From Auanema rhodensis (lineage: Eukaryota; Animalia; Nematoda), in assembly GCA_964057225.1 (NCBI GenBank), contig OZ059896.1, positions 18,910,001 to 18,974,000 of the forward strand: a stretch of 64,000 nucleotides of DNA, read 5' to 3'. This document shows, in pieces, positions 13,167 to 27,900 of this stretch. The translations under genes were made by a program, and so were the position numbers. The notes beneath the pieces were generated by a model. That model was given only the letters and a program-made list of their open reading frames with translations. It was not told where the DNA came from and searched no databases. Each line of letters starts with the position of its first letter. The first letter of the stretch is position 1.

Positions 13167-13591
13167 TGTTACATACATATCTCAAAGGAAAGCAGCTGAC
13201 CATGGCAGCTGCTATTATTAAACTAATGCAGATAGTTTTTAAGCAATTCTGAGAATATTCTAGATGCACTTTTTATAAGCTTTGTAACAATTTGTGTAAA
13301 CTGAGTAGGAGTTGTATGGATATATAAACCTGAGTCCTCAAGACTCAGGCATCTCATTATCTCCTTATCTCATTATCTTACTTTCTCTTTATCTTCTTTA
13401 TATTCTCTTTCTTAACTCTAGCTTTAATCTTTGTATAATTATATTATAATGCGAACAATAAACCTTTATATATTTCATCTCTTGTTTCTTATTTCACCTT
13501 ACATTACACACTTATATTTAAAATCATAATCATCGTCTCATAGTCTGTTTGGATATCTCAACTTGGAATCATTGAGAATCTATATGGAACG
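13167..13591 (+). repeat. 3' LTR of the non-autonomous element
   Basis: Direct repeat of 10159-10583, preceded by GTTGGGGCA and followed by TSD CTAC. Confidence 0.93.
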
Positions 13592-15917
13592 CTACATTTT
13601 AGTGAGTTACTGGGTTGGGTTATACAAATTGTCTAATTAGAATGCGATTTACATGGCCTTGTGGCCTAATGGATAAGGCGTCGGACTTCGGATCCGAAGA
13701 TTGTAGGTTCGAGTCCTGCCAGGGTCGTTATTTTTTGTTTTAAAAAAATCATTACCTGATAAATTACATGTTTTATTCTGTATTATCTCATACAATTGAA
13801 AAAAATACTAGCAATAAAACAAATGCAGTGATAATATTCTCGAAAATGTTCCTATTCAGAGTGAGAAAATATCAAAAATTTCCCGAAGGTTTTCTCATAA
13901 GGTACTAAAATAAAAGTATTATTTCATATTATTATTTTTTCAGACCTAGAATTGATAAAAAAAATCAACTACATTTTAGTGAGTTACTGGGTTGGGTTAT
14001 ACAAATTGTCAAATTAGAATGCGATTTACATGGCCTTGTGGCCTAATGGATAAGGCGTCGGACTTCGGATCCGAAGATTGTAGGTTCGAGTCCTGCCAGG
14101 GTCGTTATTTTTTGTTTTAAAAAATCATTACCTGATAGTTTACATGTTTTATTCTGTATTATCTCATACAATTGAAAAAAATACTAGCAATAAAACAAAT
14201 GCAGTGATAATATTCTCGAAAATGTTCCTATTCAGAGTGAGAAAATATCAAAAATTTCCCGAAGGTTTTCTCATAAGGTACTAAAATAAAAGTATTATTT
14301 CATATTATTTTTTTTTCAGACCTAGAATCGATAAAAAAAATCAAATACATTTTAGTGAGTTACTGGGTTGGGTTATACAAATTGTCTAATTTGAATGCGA
14401 TTTAAATGGCCTTGTGGCCTAATGGATAAGGCGTCAGACTTCGGATCCGAAGATTGTAGGTTCGAGTCCTGCCAGGGTCGTTATTTTTGGTTTCAAAACA
14501 ATCAATACCTGATAGTTTACATGTTTTATTCTGTATTATCTCATACAATTGAAAAAAATACTAGCAATAAAACAAATTCAGTGATAATATTCTCGAAAAT
14601 GTTCCTATTCAGAGTGAGAAAATATCTAAAATTTCCCGAAGGTTTTCTCATAAGGTACTGAAATAAAAGTATTATTTCATATTATTATTTTTTCAGACCT
14701 AGAATCGAGACCAAAAAAACCACTACATTTTAGTGAGTTCCTGGGTTGGGTTATACAAATTGTCTAATAAGAATGCGATTTACATGGCCTTGTGGCCTAA
14801 TGGATAAGGCGTCGGACTTCGGATCCGAAGATTGTAGGTTCGAGTCCTGCCAGGGTCGTTATTTTTTGTTTTAAAAAAAAATCATTACCTGATAGTTTAC
14901 ATGTTTTATTCTGTATTATCTCATACAATTGAAAAAAATACTAGCAGTAAAACAAATGCAGTGATAATATTCTCGAGAATGTTCCTATTCAGAGTGAGAA
15001 AATATCAAAAATTTCCCGAAGGTTTTCTCATAAGGTACTAAAATAAAAGTATTATTTCATATTATTATTTTTTCAGACCTAGAATCGATAAAAAAAATCA
15101 ACTACATTTTAGTGAGTTACTGGGTTGGGTTATACAAATTGTCTAATTTGAATGCGATTTAAATGGCCTTGTGGCCTAATGGATAAGGCGTCAGACTTCG
15201 GATCCGAAGATTGTAGGTTCGAGTCCTGCCAGGGTCGTTATTTTTTGTTTCAAAACAATCAATACCTGATAGTTTACATGTTTTATTCTGTATTATCTCA
15301 TACAATTGAAAAAAATACAACAATAAAACAAATTCAGTGATAATATTCTCGAAAATGTTCCTATTCAGAGTGAGAAAATATCAAAAATTTCCCGAAGGTT
15401 TTCTCATAAGGTACTAAAATAAAAGTATTATTTCATATTATTATTTTTTCAGACCTAGAATCGATAAAAAAATCAACTACATTTTAGTGAGTTACTGGGT
15501 TGGGTTATACAAATTGTCTAATTTGAATGCGATTTTAATGGCCTTGTGGCCTAATGGATAAGGCGTCAGACTTCGGATCCGAAGATTGTAGGTTCGAGTC
15601 CTGCCAGGGTCGTTATTTTTTGTTTCAAAACAATCAATACCTGATAGTTTACTTGTTTTATTCTGTATTATCTCATACAATTGAAAAAAATACTAGCAAT
15701 AAAACAAATTCAGTGATAATATTCTCGAAAATGTTCCTATTCAGAGTGAGAAAATATCTAAAATTTCCCTAAGGTTTTCTCATAAGGTACTAAAATAAAA
15801 GTATTATTTCATATTATCATTTTTTCAGACCTAGAATCGAGACCAAAAAAATCACTACATTTTAGTGAGTTACTGGGTTGGGTTATACAAATTGTCTAAT
15901 TTGAATGCTATTTACAT

Positions 15918-15990
15918 GGCCTTGTGGCCTAATGGATAAGGCGTCGGTCTTCGGATCCGGAGATTGTAGGTTCGAGTCCTGCCAGGGTCG
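15918..15990 (+). pseudogene. tRNA-Arg copy with two anticodon-stem substitutions
   Basis: TCGGT-CTTCGGA-TCCGG: the 31-39 pair becomes T-T and the 27-43 pair becomes T-G. Confidence 0.55.
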
Positions 15991-18900
15991 TTATTTTTTG
16001 TTTTAAAAAAATCATTACCTGATAAATTACATGTTTTATTCTGTATTATCTCATACAATTGAAAAAAATACTAGCAATAAAACAAATGCAGTGATAATAT
16101 TCTCGAAAATGTTCCTATTCAGAGTGAGAAAATATCAAAAATTTCCCGAAGGTTTTCTCATAAGGTACTAAAATAAAAGTATTATTTCATATTATTATTT
16201 TTTCAGACCTAGAATTGATAAAAAAAATCAACTACATTTTAGTGAGTTACTGGGTTGGGTTATACAAATTGTCTAATTTGAATGCGATTTAAATGGCCTT
16301 GTGGGCTAATGGATAAGGCGTCAGACTTCGGATCCGAAGATTGTAGGTTCGAGTCCTGCCAGGGTCGTTATTTTTTAATTTAAAAAAATCATTACCTGAT
16401 AGTTTACATGTTTTATTCTGTATTATCTCATACAATTGAAAAAAATACTAGCAGTAAAACAAATGCAGTGATAATATTCTCGAGAATGTTCCTATTCAGA
16501 GTGAGAAAATATCAAAAATTTCCCGAAGGTTTTCTCATAAGGTACTAAAATAAAAGTATTATTTCATATTATTATTTTTTCAGACCTAGAATTGATAAAA
16601 AAAATCAACTACATTTTAGTGAGTTACTGGGTTGGGTTATACAAATTGTCTAATTTGAATGCGATTTAAATGGCCTTGTGGCCTAATGGATAAGGCGTCA
16701 GACTTCGGATCCGAAGATTGTAGGTTCGAGACCTGCCAGGGTCGTTATTTTTTGTTTTAAAAAAATCATTACCTGATAGTTTACATGTTTTATTCTGTAT
16801 TATCTCATACAATTGAAAAAAATACTAGCAGTAAAACAAATGCAGTGATAATATTCTCGAGAATGTTCCTATACAGAGTGAGAAAATATCAAAAATTTCC
16901 CGAAGGTTTTCTCAGAAGGTACTGAAATAAAAGTATTATTTCATATTATTATTTTTTCAGACCTAGAATCGAGACCAAAAAAACCACTACATTTTAGTGA
17001 GTTACTGGGTTGGGTTATACAAATTGTCTAATTAGAATGCGATTTACATGGCCTTGTGGCCTAATGGATAAGGCGTCGGACTTCGGATCCGAAGATTGTA
17101 GGTTCGAGTCCTGCCAGGGTCGTTATTTTTTGTTTTAAAAAAATCATTACCTGATAAATTACATGTTTTATTCTGTATTATCTCATACAATTGAAAAAAA
17201 TACTAGCAATAAAACAAATGCAGTGATAATATTCTCGAAAATGTTCCTATTCAGAGTGAGAAAATATCAAAAATTTCCCGAAGGTTTTCTCATAAGGTAC
17301 TAAAATAAAAGTATTATTTCATATTATTTTTTTTTCAGACCTAGAATCGATAAAAAAAATCAAATACATTTTAGTGAGTTACTGGGTTGGGTTATACAAA
17401 TTGTCTAATTTGAATGCGATTTAAATGGCCTTGTGGCCTAATGGATAAGGCGTCAGACTTCGGATCCGAAGATTGTAGGTTCGAGTCCTGCCAGGGTCGT
17501 TATTTTTTGTTTTAAAAAAATCATTACCTGATAGTTTACATGTTTTATTCTGTATTATCTCATACAATTGAAAAAAATACTAGCAGTAAAACAAATGCAG
17601 TGATAATATTCTCGAGAATGTTCCTATTCAGAGTGAGAAAATATCAAAAATTTCCCGAAGGTTTTCTCATAAGGTACTAAAATAAAAGTATTATTTCATA
17701 TTATTATTTTTTCAGACCTAGAATCGATAAAAAAAATCAACTACATTTTAGTGAGTTACTGGGTTGGGTTATACAAATTGTCTAATTTGAATGCGATTTA
17801 AATGGCCTTGTGGCCTAATGGATAAGGCGTCAGACTTCGGATCCGAAGATTGTAGGTTCGAGTCCTGCCAGGGTCGTTATTTTTTGTTTCAAAACAATCA
17901 ATACCTGATAGTTTACATGTTTTATTCTGTATTATCTCATACAATTGAAAAAAATACAACAATAAAACAAATTCAGTGATAATATTCTCGAAAATGTTCC
18001 TATTCAGAGTGAGAAAATATCAAAAATTTCCCGAAGGTTTTCTCATAAGGTACTAAAATAAAAGTATTATTTCATATTATTATTTTTTCAGACCTAGAAT
18101 CGAGACCAAAAAAATCACTACATTTTAGTGAGTTACTGGGTTGGGTTATACAAATTGTCTAATTTGAATGCGATTTAAATGGCCTTGTGGCCTAATGGAT
18201 AAGGCGTCAGACTTCGGATCCGAAGATTGTAGGTTCGAGTCCTGCCAGGGTCGTTATTTTTTGTTTTAAAAAAATCATTACCTGATAGTTTACATGTTTT
18301 ATTCTGTATTATCTCATACAATTGAAAAAAATACTAGCAGTAAAACAAATGCAGTGATAATATTCTCGAAAATGTTCCTATTCAGAGTGAGAAAATATCT
18401 AAAATTTCCCGAAGGTTTTCTCATAAGGTACTAAAATAAAAGTATTATTTCATATTATCATTTTTTCAGACCTAGAATCGAGACCAAAAAAATCACTACA
18501 TTTTAGTGAGTTACTGGGTTGGGTTATACAAATTGTCTAATTTGAATGCGATTTAAATGGCCTTGTGGCCTAATGGATAAGGCGTCAGACTTCGGATCCG
18601 AAGATTGTAGGTTCGAGTCCTGCCAGGGTCGTTATTTTTTGTTTTAAAAAAATCATTACCTGATAGTTTACATGTTTTATTCTGTATTATCTCATACAAT
18701 TGAAAAAAATACTAGCAGTAAAACAAATGCAGTGATAATATTCTCGAGAATGTTCCTATTCAGAGTGAGAAAATATCAAAAATTTCCCGAAGGTTTTCTC
18801 ATAAGGTACTAAAATAAAAGTATTATTTCATATTATTATTTTTTCAGACCTAGAATCGAGACCAAAAAAATCACTACATTTTAGTGAGTTACTGGGTTGG

Positions 18901-21900
18901 GTTATACAAATTGTCTAATTTGAATGCGATTTAAATGGCCTTGTGGCCTAATGGATAAGGCGTCAGACTTCGGATCCGAAGATTGTAGGTTCGAGTCCTG
19001 CCAGGGTCGTTATTTTTTGTTTTAAAAAAATCATTACCTGATAGTTTACATGTTTTATTCTGTATTATCTCATACAATTGAAAAAAATACTAGCAGTAAA
19101 ACAAATGCAGTGATAATATTCTCGAGAATGTTCCTATTCAGAGTGAGAAAATATCAAAAATTTCCCGAAGGTTTTCTCATAAGGTACTAAAATAAAAGTA
19201 TTATTTCATATTATTATTTTTTCAGACCTAGAATTGATAAAAAAAATCAACTACATTTTAGTGAGTTACTGGGTTGGGTTATACAAATTGTCTAATTAGA
19301 ATGCGATTTACATGGCCTTGTGGCCTAATGGATAAGGCGTCGGACTTCGGATCCGAAGATTGTAGGTTCGAGTCCTGCCAGGGTCGTTATTTTTTGTTTT
19401 AAAAAAATCATTACCTGATAGTTTACATGTTTTATTCTGTATTATCTCATACAATTGAAAAAAATACTAGCAGTAAAACAAATGCAGTGATAATATTCTC
19501 GAGAATGTTCCTATTCAGAGTGAGAAAATATCAAAAATTTCCCGAAGGTTTTCTCATAAGGTACTAAAATAAAAGTATTATTTCATATTATTATTTTTTC
19601 AGACCTAGAATCGATAAAAAAAATCAACTACATTTTAGTGAGTTACTGGGTTGGGTTATACAAATTGTCTAATTTGAATGCGATTTAAATGGCCTTGTGG
19701 CCTAATGGATAAGGCGTCAGACTTCGGATCCGAAGATTGTAGGTTCGAGTCCTGCCAGGGTCGTTTTTTTTTGTTTCAAAACAATCAATACCTGATAGTT
19801 TACATGTTTTATTCTGTATTATCTCATACAATTGAAAAAAATACTAGCAATAAAACAAATTCAGTGATAATATTCTCGAAAATGTTCCTATTCAGAGTGA
19901 GAAAATATCTAAAATTTCCCGAAGGTTTTCTCATAAGGTACCAAAATAAAAGTATTATTTCATATTATCATTTTTTCAGACCTAGAATCGGGACCAAAAA
20001 AACCACTACATTTTAGTGAGTTACTGGGTTGGGTTATACAAATTGTCTAATTAGAATGCGATATACATGGCCTTGTGGCCTAATGGATAAGGCGTCGGAC
20101 TTCGGATCCGAAGATTGTAGGTTCGAGTCCTGCCAGGGTCGTTATTTTTTGTTTTAAAAAAATCATTACCTGATAGTTTACATGTTTTATTCTGTATTAT
20201 CTCATACAATTGAAAAAAATACTAGCAGTAAAACAAATGCAGTGATAATATTCTCGAGAATGTTCCTATACAGAGTGAGAAAATATCAAAAATTTCACGA
20301 AGGTTTTCTCATAAGGTACTAAAATAAAAGTATTATTTCATATTATTATTTTTTCAGACCTAGAATCGATAAAAAAATCAACTACATTTTAGTGAGTTAC
20401 TGGGTTGGGTTATACAAATTGTCTAATTTGAATGCGATTTACATGGCCTTGTGGCCTAATGGATAAGGCGTCGGACTTCGGATCCGAAGATTGTAGGTTC
20501 GAGTCTTGCCAGGGTCGTTATTTTTTGTTTTAAAAAAATCATTACCTGATAAATTACATGTTTTATTCTGTATTATCTCATACAATTGAAAAAAATACTA
20601 GCAGTAAAACAAATGCAGTGATAATATTCTCGAGAATGTTCCTATACAGAGTGAGAAAATATCAAAAATTTCCCGAAGGTTTTCTCATAAGGTACTAAAA
20701 TAAAAGTATTATTTCATATTATTATTTTTTCAGACCTAGAATCGATAAAAAAATCAACTACATTTTAGTGAGTTACTGGGTTGGGTTATACAAATTGTCT
20801 AATTTGAATGCGATTTACATGGCCTTGTGGCCTAATGGATAAGGCGTCGGACTTCGGATCCGAAGATTGTAGGTTCGAGTCCTGCCAGGGTCGTTATTTT
20901 TTGTTTTAAAAAAATCATTACCTGATAGTTTACATGTTTTATTCTGTATTATCTCATACAATTGAAAAAAATACTAGCAATAAAACAAATTCAGTGATGA
21001 TATTCTCGAAAATGTTCCTATTCAGAGTGAGAAAATATCTAAAATTTCCCGAAGGTTTTCTCATAAGGTACTAAAATAAAAGTATTATTTCATATTATCA
21101 TTTTTTCAGACCTAGAATCGAGACCAAAAAAACCACTACATTTTAGTGAGTTACTGGGTTGGGTTATACAAATTGTCTAATTAGAATGCGATATACATGG
21201 CCTTGTGGCCTAATGGATAAGGCGTCGGACTTCGGATCCGAAGATTGTAGGTTCGAGTCCTGCCAGGGTCGTTATTTTTTGTTTTAAAAAAATCATTACC
21301 TGATAGTTTTCATGTTTTATTCTGTATTATCTCATACAATTGAAAAAAATACTAGCAGTAAAACAAATGCAGTGATAATATTCTCGAGAATGTTCCTATA
21401 CAGAGTGAGAAAATATCAAAAATTTCCCGAAGGTTTTCTCATAAGGTACTAAAATAAAAGTATTATTTCATATTATTATTTTTTCAGACCTAGAATCGAT
21501 AAAAAAATCAACTACATTTTAGTGAGTTACTGGGTTGGGTTATACAAATTGTCTAATTTGAATGCGATTTACATGGCCTTGTGGCCTAATGGATAAGGCG
21601 TCGGACTTCGGATCCGAAGATTGTAGGTTCGAGTCCTGCCAGGGTCGTTATTTTTTGTTTTAAAAAAATCATTACCTGATAGTTTACATGTTTTATTCTG
21701 TATTATCTCATACAATTGAAAAAAATACTAGCAGTAAAACAAATGCAGTGATAATATTCTCGAGAATGTTCCTATTCAGAGTGAGAAAATATCAAAAATT
21801 TCCCGAAGGTTTTCTCATAAGGTACTAAAATAAAAGTATTATTTCATATTATCATTTTTTCAGACCTAGAATCGAGACCAAAAAAACCACTACATTTTAG

Positions 21901-24900
21901 TGAGTTACTGGGTTGGGTTATACAAATTGTCTAATTAGAATGCGATTTACATGGCCTTGTGGCCTAATGGATAAGGCGTCGGACTTCGGATCCGAAGATT
22001 GTAGGTTCGAGTCCTGCCAGGGTCGTTATTTTTTGTTTTAAAAAAATCATTACCTGATAGTTTTCATGTTTTATTCTGTATTATCTCATACAATTGAAAA
22101 AAATACTAGCAGTAAAACAAATGCAGTGATAATATTCTCGAGAATGTTCCTATACAGAGTGAGAAAATATCAAAAATTTCCCGAAGGTTTTCTCATAAGG
22201 TACTAAAATAAAAGTATTATTTCATATTATTATTTTTTCAGACCTAGAATCGATAAAAAAATCAACTACATTTTAGTGAGTTACTGGGTTGGGTTATACA
22301 AATTGTCTAATTTGAATGCGATTTACATGGCCTTGTGGCCTAATGGATAAGGCGTCGGACTTCGGATCCGAAGATTGTAGGTTCGAGTCCTGCCAGGGTC
22401 GTTATTTTTTGTTTTAAAAAAATCATTACCTGATAGTTTACATGTTTTATTCTGTATTATCTCATACAATTGAAAAAAATACTAGCAGTAAAACAAATGC
22501 AGTGATAATATTCTCGAGAATGTTCCTATTCAGAGTGAGAAAATATCAAAAATTTCCCGAAGGTTTTCTCATAAGGTACTAAAATAAAAGTATTATTTCA
22601 TATTATTATTTTTTCAGACCTAGAATCGAGACCAAAAAAACCACTACATTTTAATGAGTTACTGGGTTGGGTTATACAAATTGTCTAATTTGAATGCGAT
22701 TTAAATGGCCTTGTGGCCTAATGGATAAGGCGTCAGACTTCGGATCCGAAGATTGTAGGTTCGAGTCCTGCCAGGGTCGTTATTTTTTGTTTCAAAACAA
22801 TCAATACCTGATAGTTTACATGTTTTATTCTGTATTATCTCATACAATTGAAAAAAATACTAGCAGTAAAACAAATGCAGTGATAATATTCTCGAGAATG
22901 TTCCTATACAGAGTAAGAAAATATCAAAAATTTCCCGAAGGTTTTCTCATAAGGTACTAAAATAAAAGTATTATTTCATATTATTATTTTTTCAGACCTA
23001 GAATCGATAAAAAAATCAACTACATTTTAGTGAGTTACTGGGTTGGGTTATACAAATTGTCTAATTAGAATGCGATATACATGGCCTTGTGGCCTAATGG
23101 ATAAGGCGTCGGACTTCGGATCCGAAGATTGTAGGTTCGAGTCCTGCCAGGGTCGTTATTTTTTGTTTTAAAAAAATCATTACCTGATAGTTTTCATGTT
23201 TTATTCTGTATTATCTCATACAATTGAAAAAAATACTAGCAGTAAAACAAATGCAGTGATAATATTCTCGAGAATGTTCCTATACAGAGTAAGAAAATAT
23301 CAAAAATTTCCCGAAGGTTTTCTCATAAGGTACTAAAATAAAAGTATTATTTCATATTATTATTTTTTCAGACCTAGAATCGATAAAAAAATCAACTACA
23401 TTTTAGTGAGTTACTGGGTTGGGTTATACAAATTGTCTAATTTGAATGCGATTTACATGGCCTTGTGGCCTAATGGATAAGGCGTCGGACTTCGGATCCG
23501 AAGATTGTAGGTTCGAGTCTTGCCAGGGTCGTTATTTTTTGTTTTAAAAAAATCATTACCTGATAAATTACATGTTTTATTCTGTATTATCTCATACAAT
23601 TGAAAAAAATACTAGCAGTAAAACAAATGCAGTGATAATATTCTCGAGAATGTTCCTATACAGAGTGAGAAAATATCAAAAATTTCCCGAAGGTTTTCTC
23701 ATAAGGTACTAAAATAAAAGTATTATTTCATATTATTATTTTTTCAGACCTAGAATCGATAAAAAAATCAACTACATTTTAGTGAGTTACTGGGTTGGGT
23801 TATACAAATTGTCTAATTTGAATGCGATTTACATGGCCTTGTGGCCTAATGGATAAGGCGTCGGACTTCGGATCCGAAGATTGTAGGTTCGAGTCCTGCC
23901 AGGGTCGTTATTTTTTGTTTTAAAAAAATCATTACCTGATAGTTTACATGTTTTATTCTGTATTATCTCATACAATTGAAAAAAATACTAGCAATAAAAC
24001 AAATTCAGTGATGATATTCTCGAAAATGTTCCTATTCAGAGTGAGAAAATATCTAAAATTTCCCGAAGGTTTTCTCATAAGGTACTAAAATAAAAGTATT
24101 ATTTCATATTATCATTTTTTCAGACCTAGAATCGAGACCAAAAAAACCACTACATTTTAGTGAGTTACTGGGTTGGGTTATACAAATTGTCTAATTAGAA
24201 TGCGATATACATGGCCTTGTGGCCTAATGGATAAGGCGTCGGACTTCGGATCCGAAGATTGTAGGTTCGAGTCCTGCCAGGGTCGTTATTTTTTGTTTTA
24301 AAAAAATCATTACCTGATAGTTTTCATGTTTTATTCTGTATTATCTCATACAATTGAAAAAAATACTAGCAGTAAAACAAATGCAGTGATAATATTCTCG
24401 AGAATGTTCCTATACAGAGTGAGAAAATATCAAAAATTTCCCGAAGGTTTTCTCATAAGGTACTAAAATAAAAGTATTATTTCATATTATTATTTTTTCA
24501 GACCTAGAATCGATAAAAAAATCAACTACATTTTAGTGAGTTACTGGGTTGGGTTATACAAATTGTCTAATTTGAATGCGATTTACATGGCCTTGTGGCC
24601 TAATGGATAAGGCGTCGGACTTCGGATCCGAAGATTGTAGGTTCGAGTCCTGCCAGGGTCGTTATTTTTTGTTTTAAAAAAATCATTACCTGATAGTTTA
24701 CATGTTTTATTCTGTATTATCTCATACAATTGAAAAAAATACTAGCAGTAAAACAAATGCAGTGATAATATTCTCGAGAATGTTCCTATTCAGAGTGAGA
24801 AAATATCAAAAATTTCCCGAAGGTTTTCTCATAAGGTACTAAAATAAAAGTATTATTTCATATTATCATTTTTTCAGACCTAGAATCGAGACCAAAAAAA

Positions 24901-27900
24901 CCACTACATTTTAGTGAGTTACTGGGTTGGGTTATACAAATTGTCTAATTAGAATGCGATTTACATGGCCTTGTGGCCTAATGGATAAGGCGTCGGACTT
25001 CGGATCCGAAGATTGTAGGTTCGAGTCCTGCCAGGGTCGTTATTTTTTGTTTTAAAAAAATCATTACCTGATAGTTTTCATGTTTTATTCTGTATTATCT
25101 CATACAATTGAAAAAAATACTAGCAGTAAAACAAATGCAGTGATAATATTCTCGAGAATGTTCCTATACAGAGTGAGAAAATATCAAAAATTTCCCGAAG
25201 GTTTTCTCATAAGGTACTAAAATAAAAGTATTATTTCATATTATTATTTTTTCAGACCTAGAATCGATAAAAAAATCAACTACATTTTAGTGAGTTACTG
25301 GGTTGGGTTATACAAATTGTCTAATTTGAATGCGATTTACATGGCCTTGTGGCCTAATGGATAAGGCGTCGGACTTCGGATCCGAAGATTGTAGGTTCGA
25401 GTCCTGCCAGGGTCGTTATTTTTTGTTTTAAAAAAATCATTACCTGATAGTTTACATGTTTTATTCTGTATTATCTCATACAATTGAAAAAAATACTAGC
25501 AGTAAAACAAATGCAGTGATAATATTCTCGAGAATGTTCCTATTCAGAGTGAGAAAATATCAAAAATTTCCCGAAGGTTTTCTCATAAGGTACTAAAATA
25601 AAAGTATTATTTCAATATTATCATTTTTTCAGACCTAGAATCGAGACCAAAAAAACCACTACATTTTAGTGAGTTACTGGGTTGGGTTATACAAATTGTC
25701 TAATTAGAATGCGATATACATGGCCTTGTGGCCTAATGGATAAGGCGTCGGACTTCGGATCCGAAGATTGTAGGTTCGAGTCCTGCCAGGGTCGTTATTT
25801 TTTGTTTTAAAAAAATCATTACCTGATAGTTTACATGTTTTATTCTGTATTATCTCATACAATTGAAAAAAATACTAGCAGTAAAACAAATGCAGTGATA
25901 ATATTCTCGAGAATGTTCCTATACAGAGTGAGAAAATATCAAAAATTTCCCGAAGGTTTTCTCATAAGGTACTAAAATAAAAGTATTATTTCATATTATT
26001 ATTTTTTCAGACCTAGAATCGATAAAAAAATCAACTACATTTTAGTGAGTTACTGGGTTGGGTTATACAAATTGTCTAATTTGAATGCGATTTACATGGC
26101 CTTGTGGCCTAATGGATAAGGCGTCGGACTTCGGATCCGAAGATTGTAGGTTCGAGTCCTGCCAGGGTCGTTATTTTTTGTTTAAAAAAAATCATTACCT
26201 GATAAATTACATGTTTTATTCTGTATTATCTCATACAATTGAAAAAAATACTAGCAATAAAACAAATGCAGTGATAATATTCTCGAAAATGTTCCTATAC
26301 AGAGTGAGAAAATATCAAAAATTTCCCGAAGGTTTTCTCATAAGGTACTAAAATAAAAGTATTATTTCATATTATTATTTTTTCAGACCTAGAATTGATA
26401 AAAAAAATCAACTACATTTTAGTGAGTTACTGGGTTGGGTTATACAAATTGTCTAATTAGAATGCGATTTACATGGCCTTGTGGCCTAATGGATAAGGCG
26501 TCGGACTTCGGATCCGAAGATTGTAGGTTCGAGTCCTGCCAGGGTCGTTATTTTTTGTTTTAAAAAAATCATTACCTGATAGTTTACATGTTTTATTCTG
26601 TATTATCTCATACAATTGAAAAAAATACTAGCAGTAAAACAAATGCAGTGATAATATTCTCGAGAATGTTCCTATTCAGAGTGAGAAAATATCAAAAATT
26701 TCCCGAAGGTTTTCTCATAAGGTACTAAAATAAAAGTATTATTTCATATTATTATTTTTTCAGACCTAGAATCGATAAAAAAAATCAACTACATTTTAGT
26801 GAGTTACTGGGTTGGGTTATACAAATTGTCTAATTTGAATGCGATTTAAATGGCCTTGTGGCCTAATGGATAAGGCGTCAGACTTCGGATCCGAAGATTG
26901 TAGGTTCGAGTCCTGCCAGGGTCGTTTTTTTTTGTTTCAAAACAATCAATAATTGATAGTTTACATGTTTTATTCTGTATTATCTCATACAATTGAAAAA
27001 AATACTAGCAATAAAACAAATTCAGTGATAATATTCTCGAAAATGTTCCTATTCAGAGTGAGAAAATATCTAAAATTTCCCGAAGGTTTTCTCATAAGGT
27101 ACTAAAATAAAAGTATTATTTCATATTATCATTTTTTCAGACCTAGAATCGGGACCAAAAAAACCACTACATTTTAGTGAGTTACTGGGTTGGGTTATAC
27201 AAATTGTCTAATTAGAATGCGATATACATGGCCTTGTGGCCTAATGGATAAGGCGTCGGACTTCGGATCCGAAGATTGTAGGTTCGAGTCCTGCCAGGGT
27301 CGTTATTTTTTGTTTTAAAAAAATCATTACCTGATAGTTTACATGTTTTATTCTGTATTATCTCATACAATTGAAAAAAATACTAGCAATAAAACAAATT
27401 CAGTGATGATATTCTCGAAAATGTTCCTATTCAGAGTGAGAAAATATCTAAAATTTCCCGAAGGTTTTCTCATAAGGTACTAAAATAAAAGTATTATTTC
27501 AATATTATCATTTTTTCAGACCTAGAATCGAGACCAAAAAAACCACTACATTTTAGTGAGTTACTGGGTTGGGTTATACAAATTGTCTAATTAGAATGCG
27601 ATATACATGGCCTTGTGGCCTAATGGATAAGGCGTCGGACTTCGGATCCGAAGATTGTAGGTTCGAGTCCTGCCAGGGTCGTTATTTTTTGTTTTAAAAA
27701 AATCATTACCTGATAGTTTACATGTTTTATTCTGTATTATCTCATACAATTGAAAAAAATACTAGCAGTAAAACAAATGCAGTGATAATATTCTCGAGAA
27801 TGTTCCTATACAGAGTGAGAAAATATCAAAAATTTCCCGAAGGTTTTCTCATAAGGTACTAAAATAAAAGTATTATTTCATATTATTATTTTTTCAGACC

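Larger units (their letters stand above)
10159..13591 (+). mobile_element. Non-autonomous LTR retroelement, 3433 bp (no recognisable gag/pol motifs)
   Basis: 425-bp direct repeats (10159-10583, 13167-13591), TSD CTAC (10155-10158 and 13592-13595), PBS directly after the 5' LTR. The array unit resumes exactly after the TSD. Confidence 0.93.
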
